Below are positions 45,298 to 54,360 of a stretch of 64,000 bases of DNA, one piece after another. The DNA is from Parcubacteria group bacterium (GTDB lineage: Bacteria; Patescibacteriota; Minisyncoccia; Moranbacterales; UBA2206): assembly GCA_041661275.1 (NCBI GenBank), contig JBAZUU010000001.1:35493-99492 (forward strand), in the 5' to 3' direction. Both the position numbers and the translations under genes were made by a program. The notes below the pieces were generated by a model. It saw nothing but the letters and a program-made list of their open reading frames with translations. It ran no database searches and was not told the DNA's origin. How positions within the stretch are numbered: position 1 is the stretch's first letter; each line of letters starts with the position of its first letter.

Positions 45298-45486
45298 ATG
45301 GACGCGACAGTTCTTTTAACGCAAGGCCTTAGACCACCGAAAGCAAGGGTTAAAGTCGATGAAAATCCCCCCTGCTGCAATTGTGGGGATAAAACACGCA
45401 GGGTCAACGATGCCCTGATCTGGTGTGAATCGTGCAACACAAAAATGAACCCGGCGGGTGAAGAAATAGAGGGATTTGTTTTTTAA
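45298..45486 (+). CDS. small zinc-ribbon protein (CCNCG...CESC)
   Basis: 62 aa. AGGAAGG RBS. A terminator hairpin follows. Confidence 0.4.
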   Translation: MDATVLLTQGLRPPKARVKVDENPPCCNCGDKTRRVNDALIWCESCNTKMNPAGEEIEGFVF

Positions 45487-45675
45487 ACAATACTGCAAAT
45501 CTTTCAAGAGGCGGCTGGATATCCACATCTCCAGACCGCCTTCTTTTTATCCCCCACTATTGATTTATCTGAAAGATTTGCTATAATCATCTTGTTATCT
45601 ATGTATAGTTCCGTAAGGAACTATTTTTCAGCCAGAGGCTGATCCGCCTATGGCGGAAAAAATTGAATATTACAA

Positions 45676-45750
45676 TCCGGCGTAGCTCAATGGTAGAGCA
45701 GTTGACTGTTAATCAATTGGTTGTAGGTTCGAGTCCTACCGCCGGAGCCA
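45676..45750 (+). tRNA. tRNA-Asn (anticodon GTT), CCA encoded
   Basis: Acceptor stem tccggcg/cgccgga. D-arm agctcaatggtagagc. Anticodon loop ctGTTaa. T-arm gtagg-ttcgagt-cctac. Confidence 0.85.
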
Positions 45751-47319
45751 CATGGGATTTGCGTCGCCGAAAGCGGCGCTTTTTCTTTTTCTGGAGCGGT
45801 TTTTAAGAGGTTCGAACGCGCTCAAATTTTCCTCTTCCGGATTTGAGACGAGAATCATCGGCAGAAGCGCGGAATCCGTGTTAATATCGACTTTTTTGTC
45901 TTTTAGGAGGAGGTTCGAACCTAAGGCGGATAAAATTATTTTTCGGGCATGCTGACCTCTCTCGGTGAAGGATTCCTGAGCGTCACTGGCAAATTTGAGA
46001 ACATTATCGGCCGTCTCCAGCCAGCTATCGACTCGGCTGTCCGTATCGTTCAAAAGTTCGTGCAGTTTCGCTTTTTCCTGATTGGTCTTTGATTTTTTGC
46101 GCGTAAATTCTTCTTCGCTGATTTCTCCGGCCGCGCGCATATCGATAAGCGCGTCGAGTTTCTGGACGCAGGCTTCGTAGTTTTTTTGTTGGTTGGCGAG
46201 AATGGCGTTTCGATCGTCAGCCTCTCGTCCGTTTTCATTTTGCAGCCACTTCATCGCCCAGTCATGAAATTCCTGCGGCGGTCGCACTTGAGACAAGGTG
46301 CTTTTAACTTGTCTTTCCAGTTCTTTCACTTCGATGCATTTCTGACTGCACGGACCTTTTCTTTTGGTGCAATGATAGTAAGTGTAATTATGAATATTCC
46401 CGTTCTTATTTTTCTTAACTTTATTTTCCGCCGTCACCATAGCTCCGCATTCGCCGCAACGGATCATGCCGGTATAAGCGAAAGTATGCGTTTCCGGTTT
46501 CGGTTTACTGCCTCGGCCGAGAAGCGCCTGGACGCGATCATATTCGTCGCGGGTGATCATCGGTTCGTGTTTGCCCTTGTGCCAATTCCCACTGCCTTGC
46601 GGCCATTCAAACCAGCCGTAATAAAATGGATTATATAGCACCCGATAGAATCCGCTTCGCGCCAGCTTTTTCAATCCCCATTTCTCGACAGCAATTTCAT
46701 GAACTCTCGGCGCCGTATAGGTGCCACTTAAAATCATGTCGAACATCTTTCGGACAAGCGGAAACATTTTCGAGTCTTTGCGAATTGTTTTAAAGCCTTT
46801 CTGTTTGTCAGGCGTATTCATATATCCGATCGGCGCCGGGCCCGGATGCCAACCGAGCTCCACCTTGCGTCGGAGCCCTCGTTTCACATCGATGCCTTTG
46901 TTATCATTTTCCAGCTTGGCCTGGCTGCAAAGAAGATTGAGCAGAAATTTATCGTTGGGCGTATTTTTGAAAGGCTGGCCGGGTGTTTTTATTTCCTGCA
47001 GTTTATTTTGATCCATTAAATAAACCAGATAACCAGTGTCAACAGAATTTCTGGAAAGCCGGTTGGGATGCCAAGCTAGAATTCCGTTGGCTTCGCCTTT
47101 CTCAATCCGTTTTATCATTTCATTGAAAATCTCCCGACCCGGCGCTTTGGCCGAATATGATTCTTCAAGCAGACTCACGATTTGGAGTTTTTCACGTCTG
47201 GCCAGCGCTTCCAGTTCACCCTTTTGCGAATCGATTGAAAGCACCTGGCGGTCTTCTTGCTCCGATGACTTTCGAGCGTAGAGAAAATATTTAAGTTTTG
47301 ATTGCACTTCCTGGTTCAT
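45736..47319 (-). CDS. large serine recombinase (resolvase catalytic domain, recombinase domain, Zn ribbon); 3' end overlaps the tRNA-Asn 3' end
   Basis: N-terminal YARKSSEQEDRQVLSIDSQ holds the catalytic serine. Length 527 aa. The stop codon lies inside the tRNA T-arm/acceptor. Confidence 0.85.
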   Translation of the reverse strand: MNQEVQSKLKYFLYARKSSEQEDRQVLSIDSQKGELEALARREKLQIVSLLEESYSAKAPGREIFNEMIKRIEKGEANGILAWHPNRLSRNSVDTGYLVYLMDQNKLQEIKTPGQPFKNTPNDKFLLNLLCSQAKLENDNKGIDVKRGLRRKVELGWHPGPAPIGYMNTPDKQKGFKTIRKDSKMFPLVRKMFDMILSGTYTAPRVHEIAVEKWGLKKLARSGFYRVLYNPFYYGWFEWPQGSGNWHKGKHEPMITRDEYDRVQALLGRGSKPKPETHTFAYTGMIRCGECGAMVTAENKVKKNKNGNIHNYTYYHCTKRKGPCSQKCIEVKELERQVKSTLSQVRPPQEFHDWAMKWLQNENGREADDRNAILANQQKNYEACVQKLDALIDMRAAGEISEEEFTRKKSKTNQEKAKLHELLNDTDSRVDSWLETADNVLKFASDAQESFTERGQHARKIILSALGSNLLLKDKKVDINTDSALLPMILVSNPEEENLSAFEPLKNRSRKRKSAAFGDANPMWLRR

Positions 47320-47322
47320 AGT

Positions 47323-48090
47323 TTAGTTATTTTTTAAAAGCGACAGTGTATTTTCATATTGCAGCAAGTTTCCGCTATTGGAGATAAACATGCGCACGGT
47401 CGGATATTTTGGTTCCGCTTCGAGCTCGACCGGAAGTTTATAATCCCGATCTTCATAGAGCCATTCCCAGCGATCATTCTTATCTTCTTTAGAAATTGGC
47501 TGTAATGTAAATTTATCTTTTACGGAAGAATATGTTTCGGGCATGGAGCGTTCGAGATATTTTTCGCCGATAGTTTTAATTTGTTCATTGCTTATCAAGG
47601 GAGAAAATAAGGCGCTTTTTGAATCATCGCAAGTTGATCTTCCTTTTGGATAAACCAGCCCAATGTTTACCACTTCGTGTGTTTTTGGATATACTTCGAA
47701 TCTGTAGATTTCGCAGGTATCAGCTACAAATTCTTTTGATTCATAAATGTTTACAGTCCGTTGCCATTCTTCGGGTGTGGTTATGTGACTGCCGCCACCT
47801 TTTGGAAGCGGTTCGCTTTTTCCGATTGTAAAATTCGATGGCGCTTGCGAACTTATAAAAGTCACCGGATAATTTTCATCGTCCATAAAATTGGCAATAA
47901 CTGTTTCGTCTTGCTTTAAGTCTTCCGGTGATATTATTGTCTCTTTTTGTTCCTGCTTCTGGGCTCCGGAATTGCCCGAAAGCGGTGTTTTCTTTGTTTC
48001 GAGGTTATAAACCCCGATGATCGCCCCAATGGCCGCCAGAACGGCAATTACGGCAATAACTTTTGTGTTTTTTGTCATACGCTTGTTCAT
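47323..48090 (-). CDS. secreted/membrane-anchored hypothetical protein
   Basis: N-terminal TM/signal IAVIAVLAAIGAIIG. Length 255 aa. Confidence 0.45.
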   Translation of the reverse strand: MNKRMTKNTKVIAVIAVLAAIGAIIGVYNLETKKTPLSGNSGAQKQEQKETIISPEDLKQDETVIANFMDDENYPVTFISSQAPSNFTIGKSEPLPKGGGSHITTPEEWQRTVNIYESKEFVADTCEIYRFEVYPKTHEVVNIGLVYPKGRSTCDDSKSALFSPLISNEQIKTIGEKYLERSMPETYSSVKDKFTLQPISKEDKNDRWEWLYEDRDYKLPVELEAEPKYPTVRMFISNSGNLLQYENTLSLLKNN

Positions 48091-48254
48091 TAATTATTAA
48101 TTCTCTACCCAAGCACAACATGGACCCAAAGCCGAAAGAAGTCAAATGCTTAAATTTCCTTTATTTTACTAGTTTTTTATAGGTCTTGTGTTTATTCTAC
48201 CTTAAATTCCGATGAAGTTTCAGTGAAGTGTTGATGAAGTGTTTTTTCTCAAAA

Positions 48255-48370
48255 TTTACCCCAATTTTACCCCAGTTTCACCCCGATTAATTTTCTCATA
48301 TTTTATCTCTCATTTTAATTGTATTCCTCTTAAAATCCACCCAAGTTTTGCCCAAGAGTTGCCCAACCCT
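48255..48370. repeat. iteron-like direct repeats (TT(T)ACCCCA x3; (A/T)TGCCCAA x3) at about 10-11 bp periodicity
   Basis: Read directly from the sequence. Adjacent to an HTH Rep-like ORF. Confidence 0.4.
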
Positions 48371-48483
48371 ATTTTGCTCCATTTTTTCAAAAAAATTGGT
48401 GTATTATTTATACTTTCTTATTATTTTTTTCTTATTGACTGCTTCTTATTATGGGGCTCATGGTGGTCTCCGGTCGGGGTTCT

Positions 48484-48897
48484 CTATGGACTTTGACCAG
48501 GGTTCACTATGAACCCTGGGCTTTTGAAGAGTTGGGGGTTGATCCGGTAAATCGTTCCGGATCGATGGCCGTGTTTGGAAGTGTTGGTTTTCGTTTCGAT
48601 CAGTTCCAGCTGCAGCAATTTTTTTCTGACACGCTTGCAAGTTGATTGGCTGAATCCGTAGGCGGCAAAACCGCGTTCTTTTTCTCCGTGAGTCATGAAC
48701 ATCTTGTCAGTATGCCAAAACCAGCCGTCTTTGGCGGCGTAGCGATTGGAAAGATGACAAAGCACCAGAAAAAAATCACGCTCGGCGTGCGTCAATGAAC
48801 GACGTATTTTTGCATCGTCGAAGGGAGCGTGCGGAACTAAGAAGAAGTTTACATTTTTAGCGGGTGTTTTCGGGCTCGATTGATTCATATGGTTCAC
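48484..48897 (-). CDS. HTH-containing protein, possible replication initiator / transcriptional regulator
   Basis: 137 aa. FSQSTCKRVRKKLLQLELIE is an HTH-like segment. Confidence 0.35.
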   Translation of the reverse strand: MNHMNQSSPKTPAKNVNFFLVPHAPFDDAKIRRSLTHAERDFFLVLCHLSNRYAAKDGWFWHTDKMFMTHGEKERGFAAYGFSQSTCKRVRKKLLQLELIETKTNTSKHGHRSGTIYRINPQLFKSPGFIVNPGQSP

Positions 48898-49165
48898 TAA
48901 TTATTTTGGCTACTTTTTCACTAATGGCAGTTTCGACTTGTCGGCCGACTGCCTGATCGATGGGATGAAAAATATTGATATTTTGATTGGTTACTTTTCG
49001 AGTTGGATAGACCAAGCGATATCCGCCGTCTCTTCGACTGAAAACAGCGACTGATCCCATCCAAAATTTTTCGTCCAACACAAACGAAACGAACCCGAGG
49101 AGGCCGTCCTTGGGTTTCACCGGATAAAATTGGATTTCGCTAATTTTAGTTTGATTGGTATTCAT
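48857..49165 (-). CDS. SpoVG-family nucleic-acid-binding protein
   Basis: ISEIQFYPVK...GFVSFVLDEKFWMGSVAVFSRRDGGYRLVYPTRK....IFHPIDQAVGRQVETAI aligns with conserved SpoVG blocks. Confidence 0.65.
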   Translation of the reverse strand: MNTNQTKISEIQFYPVKPKDGLLGFVSFVLDEKFWMGSVAVFSRRDGGYRLVYPTRKVTNQNINIFHPIDQAVGRQVETAISEKVAKIISEPYESIEPENTR

Positions 49166-49770
49166 AATTATTCGCTAAGTTTTCCCCTAAATCGTCGATT
49201 GAAGGTTCACCCATATAGGTGATTTTGTAGAGTTTAAAAAGATTATTGGCCCGCGAGCTCGCTTCCTCATCGGAAAGATGCACGCCGTAGCGTTTTTCAT
49301 AGAGTCTCTTAAATTCTTCAATGGCTTCTTGAGGTAACATAAAAAGGCTGGCCCAAACGGGACTAGCCTTTATATTTCTTCTCAAGTTCTAATCAGTTCA
49401 ATGCGAGGCACCTTAGTTTGCGTTGGGAAACAAAAAAACGAGACTACAACTTATGCCATCAAAACCCGACCGACAATTCGGTCAAATGTTTTTGATAACA
49501 GAAGTCATAGCCCCGTCTCGTTTAGTTCCGAACAATCGGAACGCCGTCAGGCAAACTTTCTGGATTTGTGATTTTATTTTAGCAAATCATGTCATGCTGT
49601 CAACTCTCTCTCTGTCATATGCCTCGATTTTGGAAAATAAAGGGCTTGTTGATGGGAAAGCTGAAAGGATAAAGGCTTTAATTGAGAAATAAAAAAAACG
49701 GCTGCGAGATATGCCGTAAGGCAAATTTCTCGCAACCGTCTGTTTCTTGAATAGAGGCTAGTGATTCTTC

Positions 49771-50355
49771 TTACTCGTAGTCAACCCTGCCATCCACTTC
49801 GCGGACCGGACGACCCTGATTCTCGATCTCATACTGGTCACGACCAAATCGTGCGATCTGCGGACCTTGCTCATCTTCCTCATGACAGGCATCGCAGATG
49901 CTTTCTCCGTCAAAAGTTTGATGCAGCTCGTCCACTGGTACGGATTTCTTGCACCAATCGCAGGCAATCATTGACACAGATTTGCTAATCTCGCCCTTCA
50001 TTAATCGATATGCCCGAATAGTCCCATTGATTAAAATCGAAGGGTGAGCCTTTATCCAGTTCTGAATCCACGTTTTGAAATAATACACAAGGTTATCATC
50101 CCATTGGCCATCAATTTCAGGGCAACCGAACTGTCGAAGAACAGTCAGCTCATATTTCCCGATGCACGGCTTAATTGCCAATGCGTAGGTGTAACTTTCT
50201 CCTGGAAGATCTCGCGCTTCTGTCCACGCAAGTGCGAAGACATAGTGTTTTGATTTCAGATATCCTTGAGCTTCAAATGGATCATCGAGCAAATGAAACA
50301 AAAGGGGCGGTAAGGACGAGCTGCCAATTTTGGAAACAAATTCTTCAAAGTTCAT
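49771..50355 (-). CDS. hypothetical protein with C-terminal Zn-ribbon (CDWC...CDAC)
   Basis: 194-aa ORF. Confidence 0.4.
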   Translation of the reverse strand: MNFEEFVSKIGSSSLPPLLFHLLDDPFEAQGYLKSKHYVFALAWTEARDLPGESYTYALAIKPCIGKYELTVLRQFGCPEIDGQWDDNLVYYFKTWIQNWIKAHPSILINGTIRAYRLMKGEISKSVSMIACDWCKKSVPVDELHQTFDGESICDACHEEDEQGPQIARFGRDQYEIENQGRPVREVDGRVDYE

Positions 50356-50484
50356 TTTGCATCTCCTTTTTCTTGTCGACTTTATTGCCCATTCGACAAG
50401 ATAAGCCAGGGCGGGCTAATTAAATTAGAAAAAAACAGGCCTCTTCTACTAACGTCGCCAGTCGATGCTGACTTGCTATATTAG

Positions 50485-50545
50485 CACAAAACCAGCCCTG
50501 GGTCAATGGCTGGCTGATTTTAAGAATATTTTGCTTTATATAAGC
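50485..50545. repeat. 61-nt intergenic repeat copy E1 (terminator-like hairpin ccagcc..ggctgg plus conserved tail)
   Basis: About 85% identical to 52740-52800, in the same orientation. Confidence 0.6.
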
Positions 50546-50560
50546 TGTTTTACTAACGGA

Positions 50561-50953
50561 TTATTTTGAATAATATTCTTCCTTGGCTTCTTCTGGTTCT
50601 TCAAGAGTGTTATAATCGACAGTTATTTCTTCCCCCGCTGGAATATCGCGCAAAGCATAGTAATTGTAATTTTTATGATAAGTATTTGGTGTTTTGGAAT
50701 GGTTAATATACCAGCCGATTTCCATATGGCCAAAATTTCGCGGACAACTTAGCATATCGCCCCTGTCTGCGCAAAATTGTCTAAAAAATTCAGGAACATC
50801 TTCTTTCTTTCTGGTAACTGCTATTCTTCCTTCGTCTTCTTCACGGAACAATCGCAAATACGTTCCTTTTTTAATATCGTGAGCGGCAAAAACACCAACG
50901 CCATGCTCGGTTGGTTTTAAAACAAATGAAAATTCTGTCGTTTTTTGATTCAT
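50561..50953 (-). CDS. SET-domain protein (putative protein lysine methyltransferase)
   Basis: GVGVFA..., NHSKTPN (NHSCxPN-like) and EEITVDY (ELxxDY-like). Start placed at the internal Met (MNQKTTEF). Confidence 0.65.
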   Translation of the reverse strand: MNQKTTEFSFVLKPTEHGVGVFAAHDIKKGTYLRLFREEDEGRIAVTRKKEDVPEFFRQFCADRGDMLSCPRNFGHMEIGWYINHSKTPNTYHKNYNYYALRDIPAGEEITVDYNTLEEPEEAKEEYYSK

Positions 50954-50987
50954 TTTTTTAGTAGTATCTCTTAAGTTAATCTTCGAG

Positions 50988-51809
50988 CTAAGCGTGATGA
51001 TTATTTTTGTCCCTGGTAAATACATAATAATACTGTTTCTCCAAAACCGGCCCCAATTCTTTTTTGAATTGAATAAGCCCCGGGTCATGACAGCCTGTCC
51101 CCAGTGAAAATAAATCGCGGTCAGAAAACAACTTGGCTCGTTCATGGTGAAGAAATCTGCTCAGCCCCTTGTAATCATAATTCGCCTTTAGGTGAAGACC
51201 TGCCCAGTTGTGATCTGAATGACCAACGCCCCAAGCAAATCCGGCTAATTTACCATCAATTTCTACGTATATTTGCTTGATGTCATATTTTTCCAGGTTT
51301 TCCAAACAGAAGAAAAAGAACTCAGTGCTTTCTTTTTCAAATAAATCTGACGATCTTTCTTTTTGCCCTTCCCAAAGATTATAAAATTCAGTAAGTTTGG
51401 TTTTGGAATAATTGTTTAAAATATTATAATCATAGCTTTTGTTAAATTGATTTACCCGGTTTTTCATTTTGCTTTTAGGATCAAGAAAGCCGCTGGTTTT
51501 ATAATAATATTCCGTTTCAGTCGGATTTTGATTGGCAATTTCTATATCTTCTTTTTTAATCTTTTTTACCTCTTCCTCGGTTATCATGGACATGGAAGCC
51601 ATTGCCCAATTATCTTTGTTTTTAGGCAGAAAAAGAGAAGGAAAATCGTGGAGATAAGAAGGATCCTGGGTGACGATCAGGTCTTCGCCATTGCGTTTAA
51701 AAGTATAAGCACAAAAATCAAGATAAAGAGGCAATGATACATAGGAAAAAGGCAAATCATTTATTAGCTTGATATGTTTTTTCGAATCAAATTTTTCCAT
51801 GGTTTTCAA
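50988..51809 (-). CDS. hypothetical protein (possible GNAT-fold DUF2156-like domain)
   Basis: 273-aa ORF. Weak resemblance only. Confidence 0.35.
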   Translation of the reverse strand: MKTMEKFDSKKHIKLINDLPFSYVSLPLYLDFCAYTFKRNGEDLIVTQDPSYLHDFPSLFLPKNKDNWAMASMSMITEEEVKKIKKEDIEIANQNPTETEYYYKTSGFLDPKSKMKNRVNQFNKSYDYNILNNYSKTKLTEFYNLWEGQKERSSDLFEKESTEFFFFCLENLEKYDIKQIYVEIDGKLAGFAWGVGHSDHNWAGLHLKANYDYKGLSRFLHHERAKLFSDRDLFSLGTGCHDPGLIQFKKELGPVLEKQYYYVFTRDKNNHHA

Positions 51810-51897
51810 TAAATTTCACTATCATTATTATACACTATACTACAAAAAAAGAACCGCTGATGTCACGTGGGCATCAGCGGTAAGTTCGAGGTTACGA

Positions 51898-52665
51898 TCA
51901 TATAGAAAGGATGTTTGCCAGAGGAGACCATGTTTTTTTGGATTTGATCTCTTCTTCGTGAAAAACTCCACTCTTCCAGAAAACTTTGAAGGCTTTTCCT
52001 CCTTTCCTGAAATTTATAACTCGATAGACTTGGTCGACTATTTCCAGGGCGGAATAATCGCCAAGAGCAACGCCAATGTCGCCATATTCTCGCAGCATGC
52101 TTTTGAAAGCCGGCCTACGCCATTCACCCTCCGATTCGTAATGTGGGCAAAGAGCAAAAGGGAGAAATCCCAAGCCATCTACTTTGATGGGCATCCAGTT
52201 GCTTGGATCCCTGATGCGCAGAGAATCAGAGACACTCCATTTGGACCAGCAGATTGCTCCGGCAGAAAGCCCGGAAAGGACAGCGCCCCGTTCTCCGGCT
52301 TCGCGAAGCATTTCGCCGATGCCTCGCTTTTCCCATTCGCACATCATGAGAGCTGTGTCACCGCCGCCCACATAGATAATATCCGCCCGATTGATCTTTT
52401 TTTGGATCTGTCTGTCGGTCAGTCCTCCTTTCGAAAGTTTGAGGTAATCAAGCTTGCATCCCAAGCGCGTTCTATAGACCCTGTAAATTCCGTGGCAATA
52501 ATCGACATTATCACCGCTGGCCGTCGGGATAAAAAGAAAATTAGGCGAACGCGATTTTGCTATTCTCACCCTAGCCAGTTTGACGATCTCTCTATCTACC
52601 GATAGTGTTTGCGGCAGTCGACAAGGGATAGATATTTCTCCTCCACCAATAGCTACGATTTGCAT
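51898..52665 (-). CDS. S51 peptidase (cyanophycinase/peptidase E-like), GC-rich gene
   Basis: IYVGGGDTALMM and LSGLSAGAICW are S51 motifs. Confidence 0.65.
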   Translation of the reverse strand: MQIVAIGGGEISIPCRLPQTLSVDREIVKLARVRIAKSRSPNFLFIPTASGDNVDYCHGIYRVYRTRLGCKLDYLKLSKGGLTDRQIQKKINRADIIYVGGGDTALMMCEWEKRGIGEMLREAGERGAVLSGLSAGAICWSKWSVSDSLRIRDPSNWMPIKVDGLGFLPFALCPHYESEGEWRRPAFKSMLREYGDIGVALGDYSALEIVDQVYRVINFRKGGKAFKVFWKSGVFHEEEIKSKKTWSPLANILSI

Positions 52666-52739
52666 GATTATAGCTCCCGTGTATGAGTCTGTATAAAAGA
52701 ACGCGATTCTGTCAAATAAATGTTGACATACTATACTAT

Positions 52740-52800
52740 CACAAAACCAGCCCTAGGTCAATGGCTGGTTAGTTTTGGTAGTATTTTGCCCTATATAAGC
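52740..52800. repeat. 61-nt intergenic repeat copy E2
   Basis: See E1. Confidence 0.6.
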
Positions 52801-52804
52801 CTAT

Positions 52805-53575
52805 TTATGGATGGAACTCCATTGCCCATTTATCCTTTCCTTTCCAACTGTCAAAAACTTTGCCAAATCCCTCTTTTATCGCTAATTCTTCAACCATTTT
52901 TAGGAGTTCTTGCTGGGTTTCCAAATCGGCATTCTTCAATACTTTGGAAATTTTGTCTAACAGTTCTTTATTGCTTATTGGCAACTTTTCCAGCGGAGCA
53001 ACTTCTAGTTCTTTTGGCAGGTAGCCGTAAAATGGAGCCAGCCTTTTGTGCAAAGCAAAGAGAGTAATAATCAGATTAGGAATGGAGCTGGCAGATTCAA
53101 TGTGAGCACCCAAAAGATTACCGCTCCGAATACACTTCACTGACCGAAAAACACCGTTCAGATAGTCGTCTATTCTTTCTCCTGTAAATTTCTTCCACTC
53201 GTCTTCAGGTATGGTTCCTTTGGAATCAATCAAATTTTGAATTTCACCCGTTTTATCAATTATCGCCTTAACTCTCGCGAAATCATATCTATCCCAAGCA
53301 AAATCCGTTCCCCATTCGGCATACTCTCTAAATTCAGACAATGATTGAACTGATAAATCAATATCGGGATTGTCGATATTGGAATACTTGGTTTTATATT
53401 CCTCGGCGACTTCATCTTTTACAATTATTTTTATATCATAGTCGGACTTCCCGTTTTCAAATCCTTTTCCCCGCGAACCCTTGAGAAAAAGCCCGATGAT
53501 ATTGTCGTCATTTTTTGCTTCTTCTAAAATTTGATTGTATAAATTTTCCTTTTCCATAAGTTTTATTTTACGCAA
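52805..53575 (-). CDS. nucleotidyltransferase resembling aminoglycoside 6-adenylyltransferase (ANT(6)/AadK-like)
   Basis: LFLKGSRGKGFENGKSDYDIKIIVKD parallels the AadK N-terminal NTase block. Length 256 aa. Confidence 0.55.
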   Translation of the reverse strand: MRKIKLMEKENLYNQILEEAKNDDNIIGLFLKGSRGKGFENGKSDYDIKIIVKDEVAEEYKTKYSNIDNPDIDLSVQSLSEFREYAEWGTDFAWDRYDFARVKAIIDKTGEIQNLIDSKGTIPEDEWKKFTGERIDDYLNGVFRSVKCIRSGNLLGAHIESASSIPNLIITLFALHKRLAPFYGYLPKELEVAPLEKLPISNKELLDKISKVLKNADLETQQELLKMVEELAIKEGFGKVFDSWKGKDKWAMEFHP

Positions 53576-54360
53576 ACATAAAATATAGGCGACTTATAAC
53601 AATTGAAGTCTTTTGACATCGACCCCTCCATCGCCTCGGCGTCTTCCTTGGATAATTCTCCCATCCTTTTTCTCATTACTAATGTAAATCCCGATTTTGC
53701 GATTATTTCTTCCATTTCCTTTTGGCTGGTGAAATGAATAAATTGATATCTTTTCTTCCCATCAACACGATAATTTCTTTCAAAAAACCAATCGCCAAAT
53801 TCGAGCTCTTGAAATTTAAATCCAAGAGGTTTTAAAATATAAAACTTAAGCCATTGCTTGACCCAGAGATACAGATAACTGCCGGAGTAATATCTTTGAT
53901 GGGCGGTGAGGATAAAATGGGATCCGGGTTTCAATACCCGATGGATTTCTTTCAAGGCCTTCAAACGATTGGAATGTCCTGGAATTTGCACCCAGCCATT
54001 GTTGGCAAATATCGCCCCATCAAAATAGTTATCTTCAAACTCCAATTTAGTTGCGTCTCCCACTCTGAAATCCACACTGGTTCCTTTTTCCAGTGCTACC
54101 CTTTTTGCTGTTTCAATCATGCCTGGGGTCAGATCAACTCCAATGACATCAAATCCCTTTTCGGATAAGACAAAGGCAGTCCTTCCTGAACCACAACCGA
54201 TATCAAGAATGTGGGAATTAGGTTTGAAATATTTTTTGATTAAAATATCTTCACTTTTCCATAATCCCTTTTTGGCAATTCTCAAATATTGCTCCTGGGT
54301 ATTCTTAGACCCGAATTCATCGATGCTTTCTTTTTTAATTTTTTCTATTGAGTTTTTCAT
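53563..54360 (-). CDS. class I SAM-dependent methyltransferase
   Basis: HILDIGCGSGRTAFVLSEKGFDVIGVDLTPGMIE is motif I/II. Confidence 0.75.
   Translation of the reverse strand: MKNSIEKIKKESIDEFGSKNTQEQYLRIAKKGLWKSEDILIKKYFKPNSHILDIGCGSGRTAFVLSEKGFDVIGVDLTPGMIETAKRVALEKGTSVDFRVGDATKLEFEDNYFDGAIFANNGWVQIPGHSNRLKALKEIHRVLKPGSHFILTAHQRYYSGSYLYLWVKQWLKFYILKPLGFKFQELEFGDWFFERNYRVDGKKRYQFIHFTSQKEMEEIIAKSGFTLVMRKRMGELSKEDAEAMEGSMSKDFNCYKSPIFYVCVK

Noticed and set aside
45676-45750. Possibility that the tRNA-like sequence is a tmRNA or pseudo-tRNA fragment
   Set aside because: Full cloverleaf with acceptor, D, anticodon (GTT) and T arms plus CCA. The tmRNA is separately present at 11591-11985.
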